64,000 nt of DNA, taken from NCBI GenBank assembly GCA_013239625.1, contig MU053493.1, forward strand, positions 2,489,793-2,553,792, written 5' to 3'. Every line of letters begins with the position of its first letter. Positions within the stretch are counted from its first letter, which is position 1. Shown here piece after piece: positions 13,694-24,600 of the stretch. Source of the stretch: Lama guanicoe (lineage: Eukaryota). The notes below the pieces were generated by a model, which ran no database searches, was not told where the DNA came from, and saw nothing but the letters and a program-made list of their open reading frames with translations. A program made the translations under genes and the position numbers.

Positions 13694-13830
13694 GGGGGAG
13701 GGGTATAGCTCAAGTGGTAGAGAGTGTAGTCTAGCAGGCATGAGGTCCTAGGTTCAATCCCCAGTACCTCCATTAAAATAAATAAACCTAATTACCTCCC
13801 CCCAAAATATAAATAATAATAATAATTTTA
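13694..13830 (+). mobile_element. tRNA-derived (vic-1-like) SINE
   Basis: A-box tagctcaagtgg, B-box ggttcaatccc, body taaacctaattacctcccc, AT-rich tail. Confidence 0.92.
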
Positions 13831-13943
13831 AAAGACAGAAAATTTGGAAAGAATATAAATGTTCAAAAATTTGAAAATAGTCAAGTAAATTATGGTGCAA
13901 ACCTACACTGAAATACTATGTATCTATTAAAACTGATCTTCAC

Positions 13944-14712
13944 TGGACAACAGTTTGGTAGTTTCTTACAAAACTAAACACACCCTCACCATGTGATGTG
14001 GTCATCACACTTTATAGAATTTATGCAAGTGAGTTGAAAACTTAGGTCAACACAAATCTGCACCTTTGGGAAAGACGGGATGTTTACAGCAGCTTGATTA
14101 ATAATTTCAAAACTTGGAAGCAACCGAGATGTCTTTCAATAGGGTGAATGCATAAACTGTGGTATGCGCATACAATGCAATACTATTCAGCCAAGAAAAG
14201 GAAAAGGAAAATCAGCCATCAAGCCACAGAAAAGCTTAGAGGAAGCTTAAATGCATATGACTAAGTGAAAGAAGCCAATCTGAAAAGGCTATACACAGGA
14301 TGATTCCAACTACATGACATTCTAGAAAAGGCAAAACTATGGAGACAGTAAAAAGATCAGTGGTCACCGGGGTCAGGGAATAGGAAGAGAGATGAATTGG
14401 TGGAGCACAGGATATTTTTGGAATGGTGAGCTATTCTGTGTGATATGGTAATGGTGACACATGTCATTCCACATTCATACAAACCAACAGAATGTACAAC
14501 ACAGAGTGAATCGTAACGTGAACTATGGATTTTGGATGATAATGAGGTGTGAGTGTCAGTTCACCAATGATAAGAAATGTATGACTCTGGTGCAGATGTT
14601 GACAGTAGGGGGATGAACATGTGTCGGGGCAGGAAGTACATGGGAACTCTCTGTACTTTCTGCTCAACTTGGCTGTGAACCTAAATATGCTCTAAAAATA
14701 AAGTCTGTTAAT
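13944..14712 (+). mobile_element. Ancient L1 (L1MC-like) 3' end
   Basis: gactaagtgaaagaagccaatctgaaaaggct...tgtgaacctaaatatgctctaaaaataaagtct. Confidence 0.8.
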
Positions 14713-15149
14713 TTTTTAAAATTCAGAAGAAAAAAATGATCTTGAAAAAATACTTAATGCTAAGAATATTCAAAATGTGTGATGTATTATTACCTGGCAA
14801 AAGAGTATAAATATGACCTACAGTAAGATTCTAATTTTTTTTGTTTTTCTCTGTGACTTCTTGTAGTCTTCAAAATTTCTACAATAAACATGTATTACTT
14901 GTGTAATCAGGAATGCAGAGTTAATGTAATTTAAAAGTAATAACAAATAGCAAGGGTCAGAGAAAGCTAAGAATGTTAATTTGGGAAATAACAAACCTCC
15001 TTTCCCTTTCTAAGCAACCTGCCTATCTATTTAGGGATGCTAAAACCCAACTAATATGAACAACCTCTAAGCCCCCTGTTTGCATAACAAAGTTTCCTGG
15101 AATATTCACCCACAGTACCCATGTCACTTACTGCTCTTTAAAAATAGAA

Positions 15150-15690
15150 CTGAGAATAAAAGTGCTCTTGAAAACTAAAAATATGAAAGAAGGGGGAAAA
15201 ATCAATGAAAATTTGGAAGATAAAGTTGTGAAATCATTTCATAAAGTGGGGGGAAAAGGATAAGGAGGTGGGAAATAGAGATTAAAAAAGGCTAGAAATT
15301 AAAAGATCAGTGTGAAGGTCCCAACAAGCAAAGAAGAAACCACCACTAAACGAATTCCCCAAACTTGGAAGATATTTTATAGTTTTAAGTTTCTACTCAA
15401 AAGTTTCAAGTGCTCATTACAATGAAGAAAAAGAGAACTACTTCACAGTGTGTCCAAACACTAAAGATAAAGAGAATTTCCTAAAAATCTCCACAAAGAG
15501 AGGAACAAGGACACATAAAGGACTGAAGGTCAAAATGCCATTTAGGGACAACATTGGAAACTAGATGAAGTTAACTGACAGCTGCAAAATTCAGACAAAC
15601 TGACTTCAAACCTAGAATACTACACCCAACCAAACTATCCAGTGGGCAGGTAACAGAAAGATGTTCTCAGATGTTCAGTTTACCTCTTTT
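15150..15690 (+). mobile_element. HAL1/L1 ORF1-like relic
   Basis: A-rich; ttggaagataaagttg... and aaacctagaatactacacccaaccaaactatc. Confidence 0.5.
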
Positions 15691-15704
15691 GACGCCATAG
15701 AAGG

Positions 15705-16203
15705 TGTCATTTTTCTGTTGATGGTAGCCTGCATGACAGACATCCTCCCTCATTCTTGCTAACAAACCCTGATTTCACTCATACACTAAGTGTTCATCTG
15801 TTTCAAAGGAGATGGATCCTTACTAGAAGCCAGTTATGGTAATTCCATTCCCTTTGCTACAGCCTCAGAAGCAAAGTAAAGTTGGCTAAGAGGTTCTGAG
15901 CAAAGGATTTTCTGGCCTTTAAAAAGAGGCTCAGCAGAGAAAAACGGTTCACTTTTTGCCCCCAGATATTGCTGTCTGCATGTGACACCTGCCACACGGC
16001 AGCCACCCTGCAGCTGGCCCAGGAGGCCACATCCTCACATCTGATGCTTAAGGAATCGAACGTTGGAAAGAATCTGTGTTTGAAAATTAATCACTAAGCC
16101 CACTCTGCATCGCCCTAAGTCCCAGCTTACCAGTCAGTGTCCTTTTTGCTTGAGTCATTTTTAGTTGGCTCCTACCTGGAGCTAAAAGCATCATGAGCTG
16201 ATA
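15705..16203 (+). mobile_element. Old MaLR (MLT1-like) LTR relic
   Basis: ttcttgctaacaaaccctgattt...cggcagccaccctg...gctaaaagcatcatgagctgata. Confidence 0.5.
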
Positions 16204-16442
16204 GATACCCCCTCTCAAAAAGCTAGTGGAGGAGGCTGCCCTGAGGCCAGGAAACAGGAGAGGGGAGGGAATTCCTGGAAGAAAGCGGAATGACACCCAA
16301 GGAAAACAGCCATGCAAAGTTCTAGGGGCTTGCTCATCTGGAGGGGGAGCCAGAGGATGAGGCTCTGGGAAGGTCCCCAGGGAAAACCAACAGATGATGG
16401 TGTGTGACTACATGAACAGGCACATTAAGAAGGATGCCATCA

Positions 16443-16887
16443 TTTTCTTCTTTTTTTTAAAAAACACCTTAATTGTGGTATGATTCCTGTAAACTACATG
16501 TATTTCAGATATACAATCTGATGAATTTTGATAGATGTACACACCCATGAAACCACCACCACAATCAAGATACCTAACATTTCCATCACTCCCCAAGAGG
16601 CGCAAATTTTAAACTCCCGATTTATCCCTTCACATCCCCTTTACCCCCTGGTAACCATAAGCTTGTTCCCTATGTCTGTGAGTCTGTTTCTGTTTTGTAG
16701 GTAAGTTCATTGGTGTCCATATGTTTTAGATTCCACATATGAGCGATATCATATGGTATTTTTCTTTCTCTTCCTGATTTACTTCATTTAGAATGATGAT
16801 CTCTGGATCCATCCATGTTGCTGCAATTGTCATTAGTTTATTCTTTTTTATGGCTGAGTAGTATTCCTTTGTATAAATATACCACCG
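16443..16887 (-). mobile_element. L1 3' end with a captured ancient-L1 segment (copy 1)
   Basis: 16600-16887 is a typical young L1 3' UTR/ORF2 end (minus-strand ORF ...WYIYTKEYYSAIKKN); 16461-16600 resembles an ancient L1M 3' end. Confidence 0.88.
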
Positions 16888-18472
16888 CTTTAAAGAAGGT
16901 TTCTGAGAGTCAACGATGGCCGTTAACTTGAGAGTCATTTAATTTCACATTCTTCAAAAAATCACAACTGTCTAGTAGTTTCCTTGAGGCTGGAGTTGGC
17001 CAAAGGTATAATGAAGAAAGCAGAGTTTGTCCTTGGCCTCCTCTGTCCTCAGGTCTTCCTTTCTCCCACCTTTGGGAAAACACAGCGTCCGTCTGAGCCA
17101 AACCCACTGAGCTGGGCCCCTGCAGGCCACTCTCCCTCTGCTCCACAGTCTTCCTTCCCCTGCCTTCTTGCTCCCTTGAAACATCAGAGACCTGGTGTCA
17201 GCTGTCTGGTAGCGGGAATCTGATTCATTAATTTCCAGATAAAAACAAGTACCTGCTTTATATAGATGTTAACCTTTGAAAAGAAAAGACTGAATAATTT
17301 AAAAGTGATATTTCAAGGTGATCATCCAGAGAGAAGAAGAATCTGATGCTTTTCAAACCAACTGATGGACAAACGGCTTAGGAGTCAAAACCAAAGTTAT
17401 CCTTCCCGAACCCACAATCTCAGCAGCTCTGGGTATAGGACCGGCCCCCCCAACACCACGCACAGGCCCACTGCCACTCTCGGGATGCAGATCCCTGGCA
17501 GGTGTCATGTGCACACCAGGCTCACCCAACGTTCTCAGGGGAGCTTAGCATCCTTACCCACCAAATATAACATCTTGGGCACTGGGGCCAAAGTAGAGTC
17601 TGTAGATTATAACCCAGGTCCCCAGTGAGCAGAGTTGCTAAACCCTCCCAGGGCCAGCCATGCTCATCAGGACTCGGGGAGGCCCGGGCCTCCCAAAGCA
17701 CCCACCCGTGGGTTAAGCTGCCGTGGCCAGAGGTGGGAAATGACATTGGCTACCTAAGTATTCTTTAAGTCCTCATCGTGGATCTCAGCCAAAGCAGTGG
17801 TTCTCGAAGGACCCAGATTCATGCACCACAGAGGGCTGGGATATCTGCACTGAAATCAGAAAACACTCGGAGAGGCAACGTGATATTTGTTTATTTGTAC
17901 TCTGAAAACCCACTGGAGGAAACGCCTTCTCTGGAAAAAACACTTTGAACGTTCCCTCACCTCCCCAAATCTAAACTGACATCTAATACCCACTTTCCTC
18001 GCAGAACAACAGGAGGCCGTAGAGACAGAGCCTTCTCCACGAAGAAATGAAACAGTGTCATAGAAACCCGAGAAGATCAAAATAACGGTCCTTATTTTCT
18101 AGGTCCACCCACTTTTTTCTTTAACTTCAAAGCTGGTTCACGTGGTGAAATCCTGCGGTGGAAAGAGTGACCTCCCTGTGTGTCCTCCACCCAAGTTCAC
18201 TGCTACAATACCTGAACCTTTGCCAAAGTGCTTGGCCTCGCCCTGGGAAGTCCGAAACACAGCCCGGTTTCTGAATGCTTTTACCACTCCCTTAACCTTT
18301 CCACTTTTAAAATATTTTCTGATATTCTGCTTACTTTTAGATCTTGAAGACTGTTTATAGGAAGGAAAGCATTCAAATTAAAATTCAATTTTAATGAATG
18401 CAAGCAGTGGAGAGTATGCTTATTTCCTGCATGGAGATGTTTTATTAAAACATCTATAAAGTTTTGGGGGTT

Positions 18473-19205
18473 TCTTTTAGGTTTTTTTTTAATTGAAATA
18501 TAGTCAGTTTACAGTGTGTCAATTTCTGGTGTATGTAGTGTTTAATGAATTGATTGATTGATTAATTAATTAATTAAAACACTTTATTGTGGTACAGTTC
18601 CTGTACCGTAAACTACACAGATTCAAATGGACAACTTGATGAATTTCAATAGATGTACACACCCATGAAACCACCACCACAATCAAGATACCTAACATTT
18701 CCATCCCTCCTCAGGAGGTGCAATTTTCAAACTCCCAATTTATCCCTTCCTGCCCCCTTTATCCTTGGGTAACCATAAGTTTGTTCTCTGTGTTGGTGAG
18801 TCTGTTTGTCTTTTGCAGATAAGTTCATTTGTGTCTCTTTTTTTAGATTCCACATATAAGTGATATCATATGATATTTTTCTTTCTCTTTCTGGCTTACT
18901 TTACTCAGTATGACAATCTCCAGGTCTATCTATGTTGCTGCAAATGGCATTTTTTATGGCTGAGTACTATTCCATTGTATAAATATACCACATCTTTATC
19001 CGATCATCTGTCGATGGACATTTAGGTTGTTTCCATGTCTTGGCTATTGTAAATAGTGCTGCTATGAACACTGGGGTGCACGTGCCCTTTTGAATTATAT
19101 TTTCCTCCAGGTAAGTGCCCAGGAGTGGATTGCTGGATCATATGGTAAGTCTATTTTTCGTTTTTGAAGTCACCTCCATACTGTCCTCCATAGTGGCTGC
19201 ACCAA
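18473..19205 (-). mobile_element. L1 3' end with the same captured ancient-L1 segment (copy 2)
   Basis: Normal L1 terminus 18481-18541, (ttga)n/(ttaa)n, captured segment 18576-18718, then L1 3' UTR/ORF2 end to 19205. Confidence 0.9.
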
Positions 19206-20085
19206 CGTAACGTTTTATTAAAGTTGAAAATACTTATAGTATGTAGCTCTAACAATCTTGCTAATAATTCAAGTGACAAAAATGGACTTACTATCAGTTT
19301 TATAGGTACTGATGTGCATAATGACTAGTATCAACCCCCATCCCAGCAGCTTGAAAGATATGAGACCCATCACCATGTCTCCTGAAAACAGCACAGCACA
19401 GGGAGGTCCTGACTTAGATGCGGATGATGGATCCTCTCTGTGATGGGTTAAATTGGAGGAGGACAGGAGATGAGCGGAGGTGGAATTAAATGAGCTGGGA
19501 GCCTGAAAGGCAGGGAGAGGACAGCACACACGTGGGTGGCGGGAGCCGTCCAGGAACACAGGGTGCCCGGGACCAGTCATGGCAACAGGGGTGGCCCCAG
19601 TTGCTTTCAGAGCATGGGAGGCCAGTCGGTCCTGCCACAGCGATCTCGGGGAGAACGGAGCAAACCGAGAGTGCAGTGAAGATGAGGTCGCACCCTCTCT
19701 CCTGAATCCATGCTGCCTCGGGGGGTTCGGCAGCATACTTGGATGCTGTCAAGCCAGCAGCTGCCCACTGGCCACCAAGAGTTTGTCCCTATGTTTCGGG
19801 CTTAGGGCCGCAGCCCACCAGATCTGCTCACTCTCCCACCTTAACTCCCAAAATCAGCGGCTTGAGGAGCTAAAGCTGGGGTTTCTATTCCGGTGGGCGT
19901 GGGAACTGGGCAGGGCAGGGTGGAACCCACTAGCAGATTCAGCTGAAGAAGGAGGAGGCAGGAAAGCAGGGAGGAGGGACGTTCCGTCTCATAATTAAAG
20001 CGAACCTTATCATTAGTCGTGCTAACCATGCATTCACATGTTGACTCAACCAAGGCTCCGGTCCTGGGAACTTAAAACGCTCCAA

Positions 20086-20313
20086 GTTCAGTCATCCATG
20101 TACATACATATATTTATTTTCAGATTCTATTTCATTATAGGTTACTACAAGATATTGAATCTAGTTCCCTGTGCTGTACAATAGGACCTTGTTGTTTATC
20201 TATTTTATATATAGTAGTGTGTATCTATAAATCTCGAACTATCATGTTGTACACCAGAAGCTGACACAACATTGTAAACTGATTATACTTCAATTAAAAA
20301 AATAAAAAATAAA
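20086..20313 (+). mobile_element. Short L1 3' end with a 5' inversion (twin priming)
   Basis: 20086-20240 antisense 3' UTR; 20241-20313 sense terminus and polyA; flanks aaaacgctccaag / aaacacgcaccag. Confidence 0.82.
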
Positions 20314-21022
20314 AACACGCACCAGTTTCTATGGGAGGAGCTACCGGGAAACCAAAACATAGGACGTGGTTTGTTAACAGTCTAATGAGGAGAAAGATAA
20401 GCAAACAGCTATTTAGCTTTGGATTAAATATCAGGTTGGACCACACAAAATTACCTTAGAAAACAGCACAGTACAGAAGGTAGCAGAAAGGAATATTCTG
20501 GGGGGTGATGGAACTTCTCTGCACCTTGATTGTAGTGGTGGTTATAGAACTCGATGCATTTGTTAAAATTCCCAGAACGCCACACCAAAGAGAGTGAATT
20601 CTACTGCGTATAAATTAAAGGATACATTTTAAAAGCAACTGAACGTCTACCGAACAGATGCTGCAGTACCGGCAGTCAGTTTTGCAGGTGCCCGGGAAGC
20701 AGAGATGAGCAGAGATTGACAAGGGAGTGAAAGATGGTCTTATGAGTGACCCTCACTGCGTCAGAGCTTGGAAAAACAAAGATGCTTTCAGGAGATGAGG
20801 AAGAGGAGGATGGGGAGGTGAGCATCGTAGGTATGGGAACACCACGAGTGGGCAGAAAGCCATGCAAACTCAGTAGGTCTGGAGAGAGCACAGGTCAGGC
20901 AGCAGAAAATTCATGAAAGGAAGGAGGCCCCCAAAATGGGGCAGAATTGGATTATGGAGCTCCCTAAAGACCATACTGACTGGACCAGTTTTATTCTACA
21001 AAGATAGAAAAGTTAAAAAAAA

Positions 21023-21185
21023 TTTTTTTAATTGAAGTATAGTTGGTTTACAATGTTGTGTTAGTTTCTGGTGTACAGCACTCTGTTTTGGTTATACATA
21101 TATATATTTCTTTTCATATTCTTTTTCATTATAGGTTATTACGAGATATTGAATATAGTTCCCTGTGCTGTACAGTAGAAAAGTG
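21023..21185 (-). mobile_element. L1 3' tail fragment
   Basis: ttttaattgaagtatagttggtttacaatgttgtgttagtttctggtgtacagc...ccctgtgctgtacag. Confidence 0.88.
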
Positions 21186-21199
21186 TTGTTTAAAGACAG

Positions 21200-21322
21200 T
21201 TTTTGGTGGTGGGGGGCAGTAATTAGGCTTATGTGTTTATTTTGATGGAGGTACTGGGGACCGATCCCAGGACCTTGTGCATGCTAAGCACACACTCTAC
21301 CACCAAGCTCTACCTTTCCTCC
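21200..21322 (-). mobile_element. tRNA-derived (vic-1-like) SINE
   Basis: Reverse-complement SINE with TSD aaagacag. Confidence 0.88.
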
Positions 21323-22399
21323 AAAGACAGAAGAGTTTTACAGCGGGGGAGTGGTGTTATTAAATCTATTTCAGAAGGATAACCCTGGTAAAAATATGGA
21401 CGATTTATGTGCTGAAGGAGGTATCAGAGACAGGAAAGCGACTCTGGTGAGGTTTCCCTTCCCAGGGTCTGCAAATCTCTCGAGGTGATCATAACACTGT
21501 GTGTGCCCGTGTACACCTGCGAGTCTATGTATTTTCTCAGGAAGAGGGCCTGCAGCTTTTATCGGATCCCCGAGGAGGTCATACCCTCAAAAAGGTTAAG
21601 AACTACAGATTTAAAGTTCCCGTGCACAGTGACGGGGTGGGAGCGGCAGATGTGCAGAGGACAGCAGAAATTCATGAGTCCTGTTGTAAAGACTGCATTC
21701 TGAACTTGGTGATTAAGTGGTGAGTGAGTGGAGGAGAATTTAAAGCAGACAATAAAGCTTCTAGCTGGGTGATTTGGAAAGCATAAGGAGGAGAGAAAGG
21801 GGGAGAGGAACAGAAGAGGGTATGGTGACACTAAGAACAAAAACAATAATAATTTCACTTCAAAGAATTCAATACTTAACCTTTTCCCTGAGCTGGAGGT
21901 TGTGGTCCATTTTTACTGGCCTAACTATTTCTGGCTAAAGACAGAGATAAGATGAACTCCAGAGGACCCTGTTTGCATATAAAAATAAAAAGCAGATGAG
22001 AAAACAATCTTCAAAGTCTTCTTCAGAGTGACTTCTCTTTCCACGTTTGCCTCCTTTCTTGCTCATGGCATTAGGAAACTTCAGGGAGACAGTATCTGCC
22101 CCAGGTGCGTGAGGCAATTAATTTACCATATATAAGTAAAGTAAGCTAAAGAGAGCAATCTAGACAGTGTTATTTTTTCAAATGTACAAAACATTTCATA
22201 TTACTTGAGGTTTTTACTCAAAGTTGGGTCTAAGACAATGTAATTGCTCACCTCTGGCGTTTTAATTTCTAAGTGAAACAAACATTTCTGTGGATTTCAA
22301 AGCCAATTTTTGAAACACCTAATCTAATCTCATTACCTAAGTAAATGAAAGAATGCCAATTTTAAAATAAACCAACATCAGCTTAGTACGTATTTCATT

Positions 22400-22563
22400 A
22401 CAGGAGCCGGCAAAGTGATCCACGGACCACGGAACCCAAGTGCCCCGGTGTACGTAAAAATGCAGATTCCCGGGTCCCACCCAGACTTGGTAAATCAGCA
22501 CCTCTGCAGTCGGGTAGGAGGCTGAAGTCTAAGCCACCCAACGTGAGTCTATGAAAGCCACTG
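22400..22563. mobile_element. hAT-Charlie relic (MER5A-like)
   Basis: aaaatgcagattcccgggtcccacccagact...aatcagcacctctg...aagccactg. Confidence 0.6.
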
Positions 22564-22574
22564 GTGGATTCTCC

Positions 22575-22868
22575 GTTTGCAGGGAGCGTTTTTCACTGCT
22601 GATTCTATCTCACTTCTAGTGATCAGTTTGCTCAAATGATCTGTTTCTTCTTGATTTAGAGCTGGTGGACTGTCTCTTTGTAGAAACTTGTCCATTTCTT
22701 CTCCGTTGTCCAATCTGTTGCCATACAGTCACTCGCTGGATTCTCTTCTGGGTTTGTTTTCGTTTTTTTTTTTTTTTTTGGTATTTCTGTGGTGTTGGTT
22801 GTAATTTCTCCATTTTCCTTTCTTATTTTGTTTCTTTGTGTCCTCTTTCTTTTCTTCTTGGTGAGCCT
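22575..22868 (-). mobile_element. L1 ORF2 internal fragment
   Basis: Minus-strand translation RLTKKKRKRTQRNKIRKENGEITTNTTEI is L1 ORF2-like. Confidence 0.85.
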
Positions 22869-23929
22869 AAGAATCAATCCTATGTGACTCTCTTTGATTC
22901 CACTGATCGGAGGCTCTGTTTTTATAAGGGTCATTGTCAATTCAAAGATGGGGTTCTTCTTCACGGATCATAACTAAAAAGGCCGATGTACCTCCATGTT
23001 AATATATGGTCATCACAAGTTAGGTTTGAAACCAATTTCCTAATTAATTTTAGTGTATCATTCTACAGCATCAATTAAGCAATACTTATGGTTTAAATTT
23101 AGCCAAATTAATGCTAATTTCTTTTGACAACTTTGGAAGTATATTTCAACCCTCTTTAGATAACTGACAAAAAGACATGCAGGATTGAGCCCCACAAAGG
23201 TTTCCTTGCTATTATGTTTTCTGCTTTCTTTCAGAAACGCCTCATCCCATCAGGACACAGCGCTGTTTCTCGGTTGTAAGTGAACAGACACTTCCCCGAG
23301 GAGCCCGGAGTCCCCGGAGCCTGGGTGCAGACGCTGACTCCACGCTGTGACCACAGCTCCCAGGTGACGGCTGCGCTGGTATCACCTGCAGAGCTGGCTG
23401 GAATCAGCAGGCTGAATTTTCATTCGTATGTGAGCAGACCGGAGCGATCAGAGTGGCATACCTGTCAGCATATGATCACCCTGATAAAAAGAACTAGTGA
23501 TGCCAACTCCTAATTAAAAAGAGAGGCAGTACGCATGTGTTACCGCCTCTCTCTCTTGAATCATTGCTCCCAAGAAAGAAAGATACAAAGCCACAAGGGG
23601 AAAAGATAAAAGTGGGGGGAGGTGGCACCATCTTGGGGAAGAAGGAAAAGGGTCACCGATGAGCGGAAGCAGAGCTGCAGCCAGGAACTGCAGGGGCTGG
23701 ACCACAGGCACCTTTCTGCTCTGAGACCCAGGCAAGCTCCAGGCTCGGGGGCACCGGCAGCGACCACACTGGGCAGGGTGGGGGTGGGTGGGGAGACAGA
23801 GCTGAAGACAGGGGGACACGTGGACCCCAGGTCCACCCCGCCCTCCCCCACCGCACGGAGACCTCTCAGTGGAAGGGCCAGCTTGCTCAAGGGCTTCAAT
23901 TTGCTCGTTAGAGACTCCTGTCGTGCACG

Positions 23930-24600
23930 TAAACTGAAAATGAAGGATGAGAGACGTTTCAGGAAAACTTTCCAACAAGACAGAAACCAAAAGGAATTCG
24001 AGGAAGGAGTCTTGAACAATTAAAAGACTACGGACAAAAGATGTCCAGGGGAGCAGTGTTGAAAGATCACACACTGCCGAGAACAGAGAAGAGCTGAGAG
24101 ACATCGTCCAATATCGACTTAACAGAGAAGAAAGGTGTTTATCAGGAAACAAAGGAAGAGGGGAGAGTAGAGCTCAGTGGGAGAGCACGTGCGTGCATGA
24201 GGTCCTGGGTTCAATCCCCAGCGCCTCCATTAAAATAAAGAAGTAAACCTAATTACCTCTCTTCCCCGCCCGCCCTACCCCCCTGCAAAGGAGTTAAAAA
24301 AGAAACAAAGGAAGACATTTTCTCAAAATCAGCGAAGGTCAAAGGGCCTTCCTGGTGCCCAGCAAACATGAAAACAGACCATTTGAAGCACATTGTGGTG
24401 AAAAGGGAGAGAAGCTGCCAGGAGCTTTCACAGAAAACAGCAGGTCCACCTGGGAAATGGGAGAGTAAAACGTAAAAAAGAGTAAAAAGTGTCACAGCAA
24501 AGCTCAGAGGTACAGGGGAGCGGAATAAGGCTCTTCAACATCAGAGGAAAACACTCTTCGGGCAAGAATTCTAACTAAGCCAACCGTCTATCAGGAAAGA
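23930..24600 (+). mobile_element. HAL1/L1 ORF1-like relic interrupted by a SINE
   Basis: A-rich; tccaatatcgacttaacagag..., cacattgtggtgaaa, agaattctaactaagccaac. Confidence 0.45.
24160..24301 (+). mobile_element. tRNA-derived (vic-1-like) SINE
   Basis: A and B boxes; perfect 14-bp TSD GAAACAAAGGAAGA (24146-24159 and 24302-24315). Confidence 0.93.

Noticed and set aside
13694..13775. Functional tRNA genes at SINE heads
   Set aside because: All have the SINE-specific body and tail or TSDs and are mutually divergent.
23514..24152. 212-aa minus-strand ORF and overlapping ORFs
   Set aside because: Overlaps a GC-rich patch and the antisense of an L1/HAL1 relic; no recognisable domain and no supporting splice structure.
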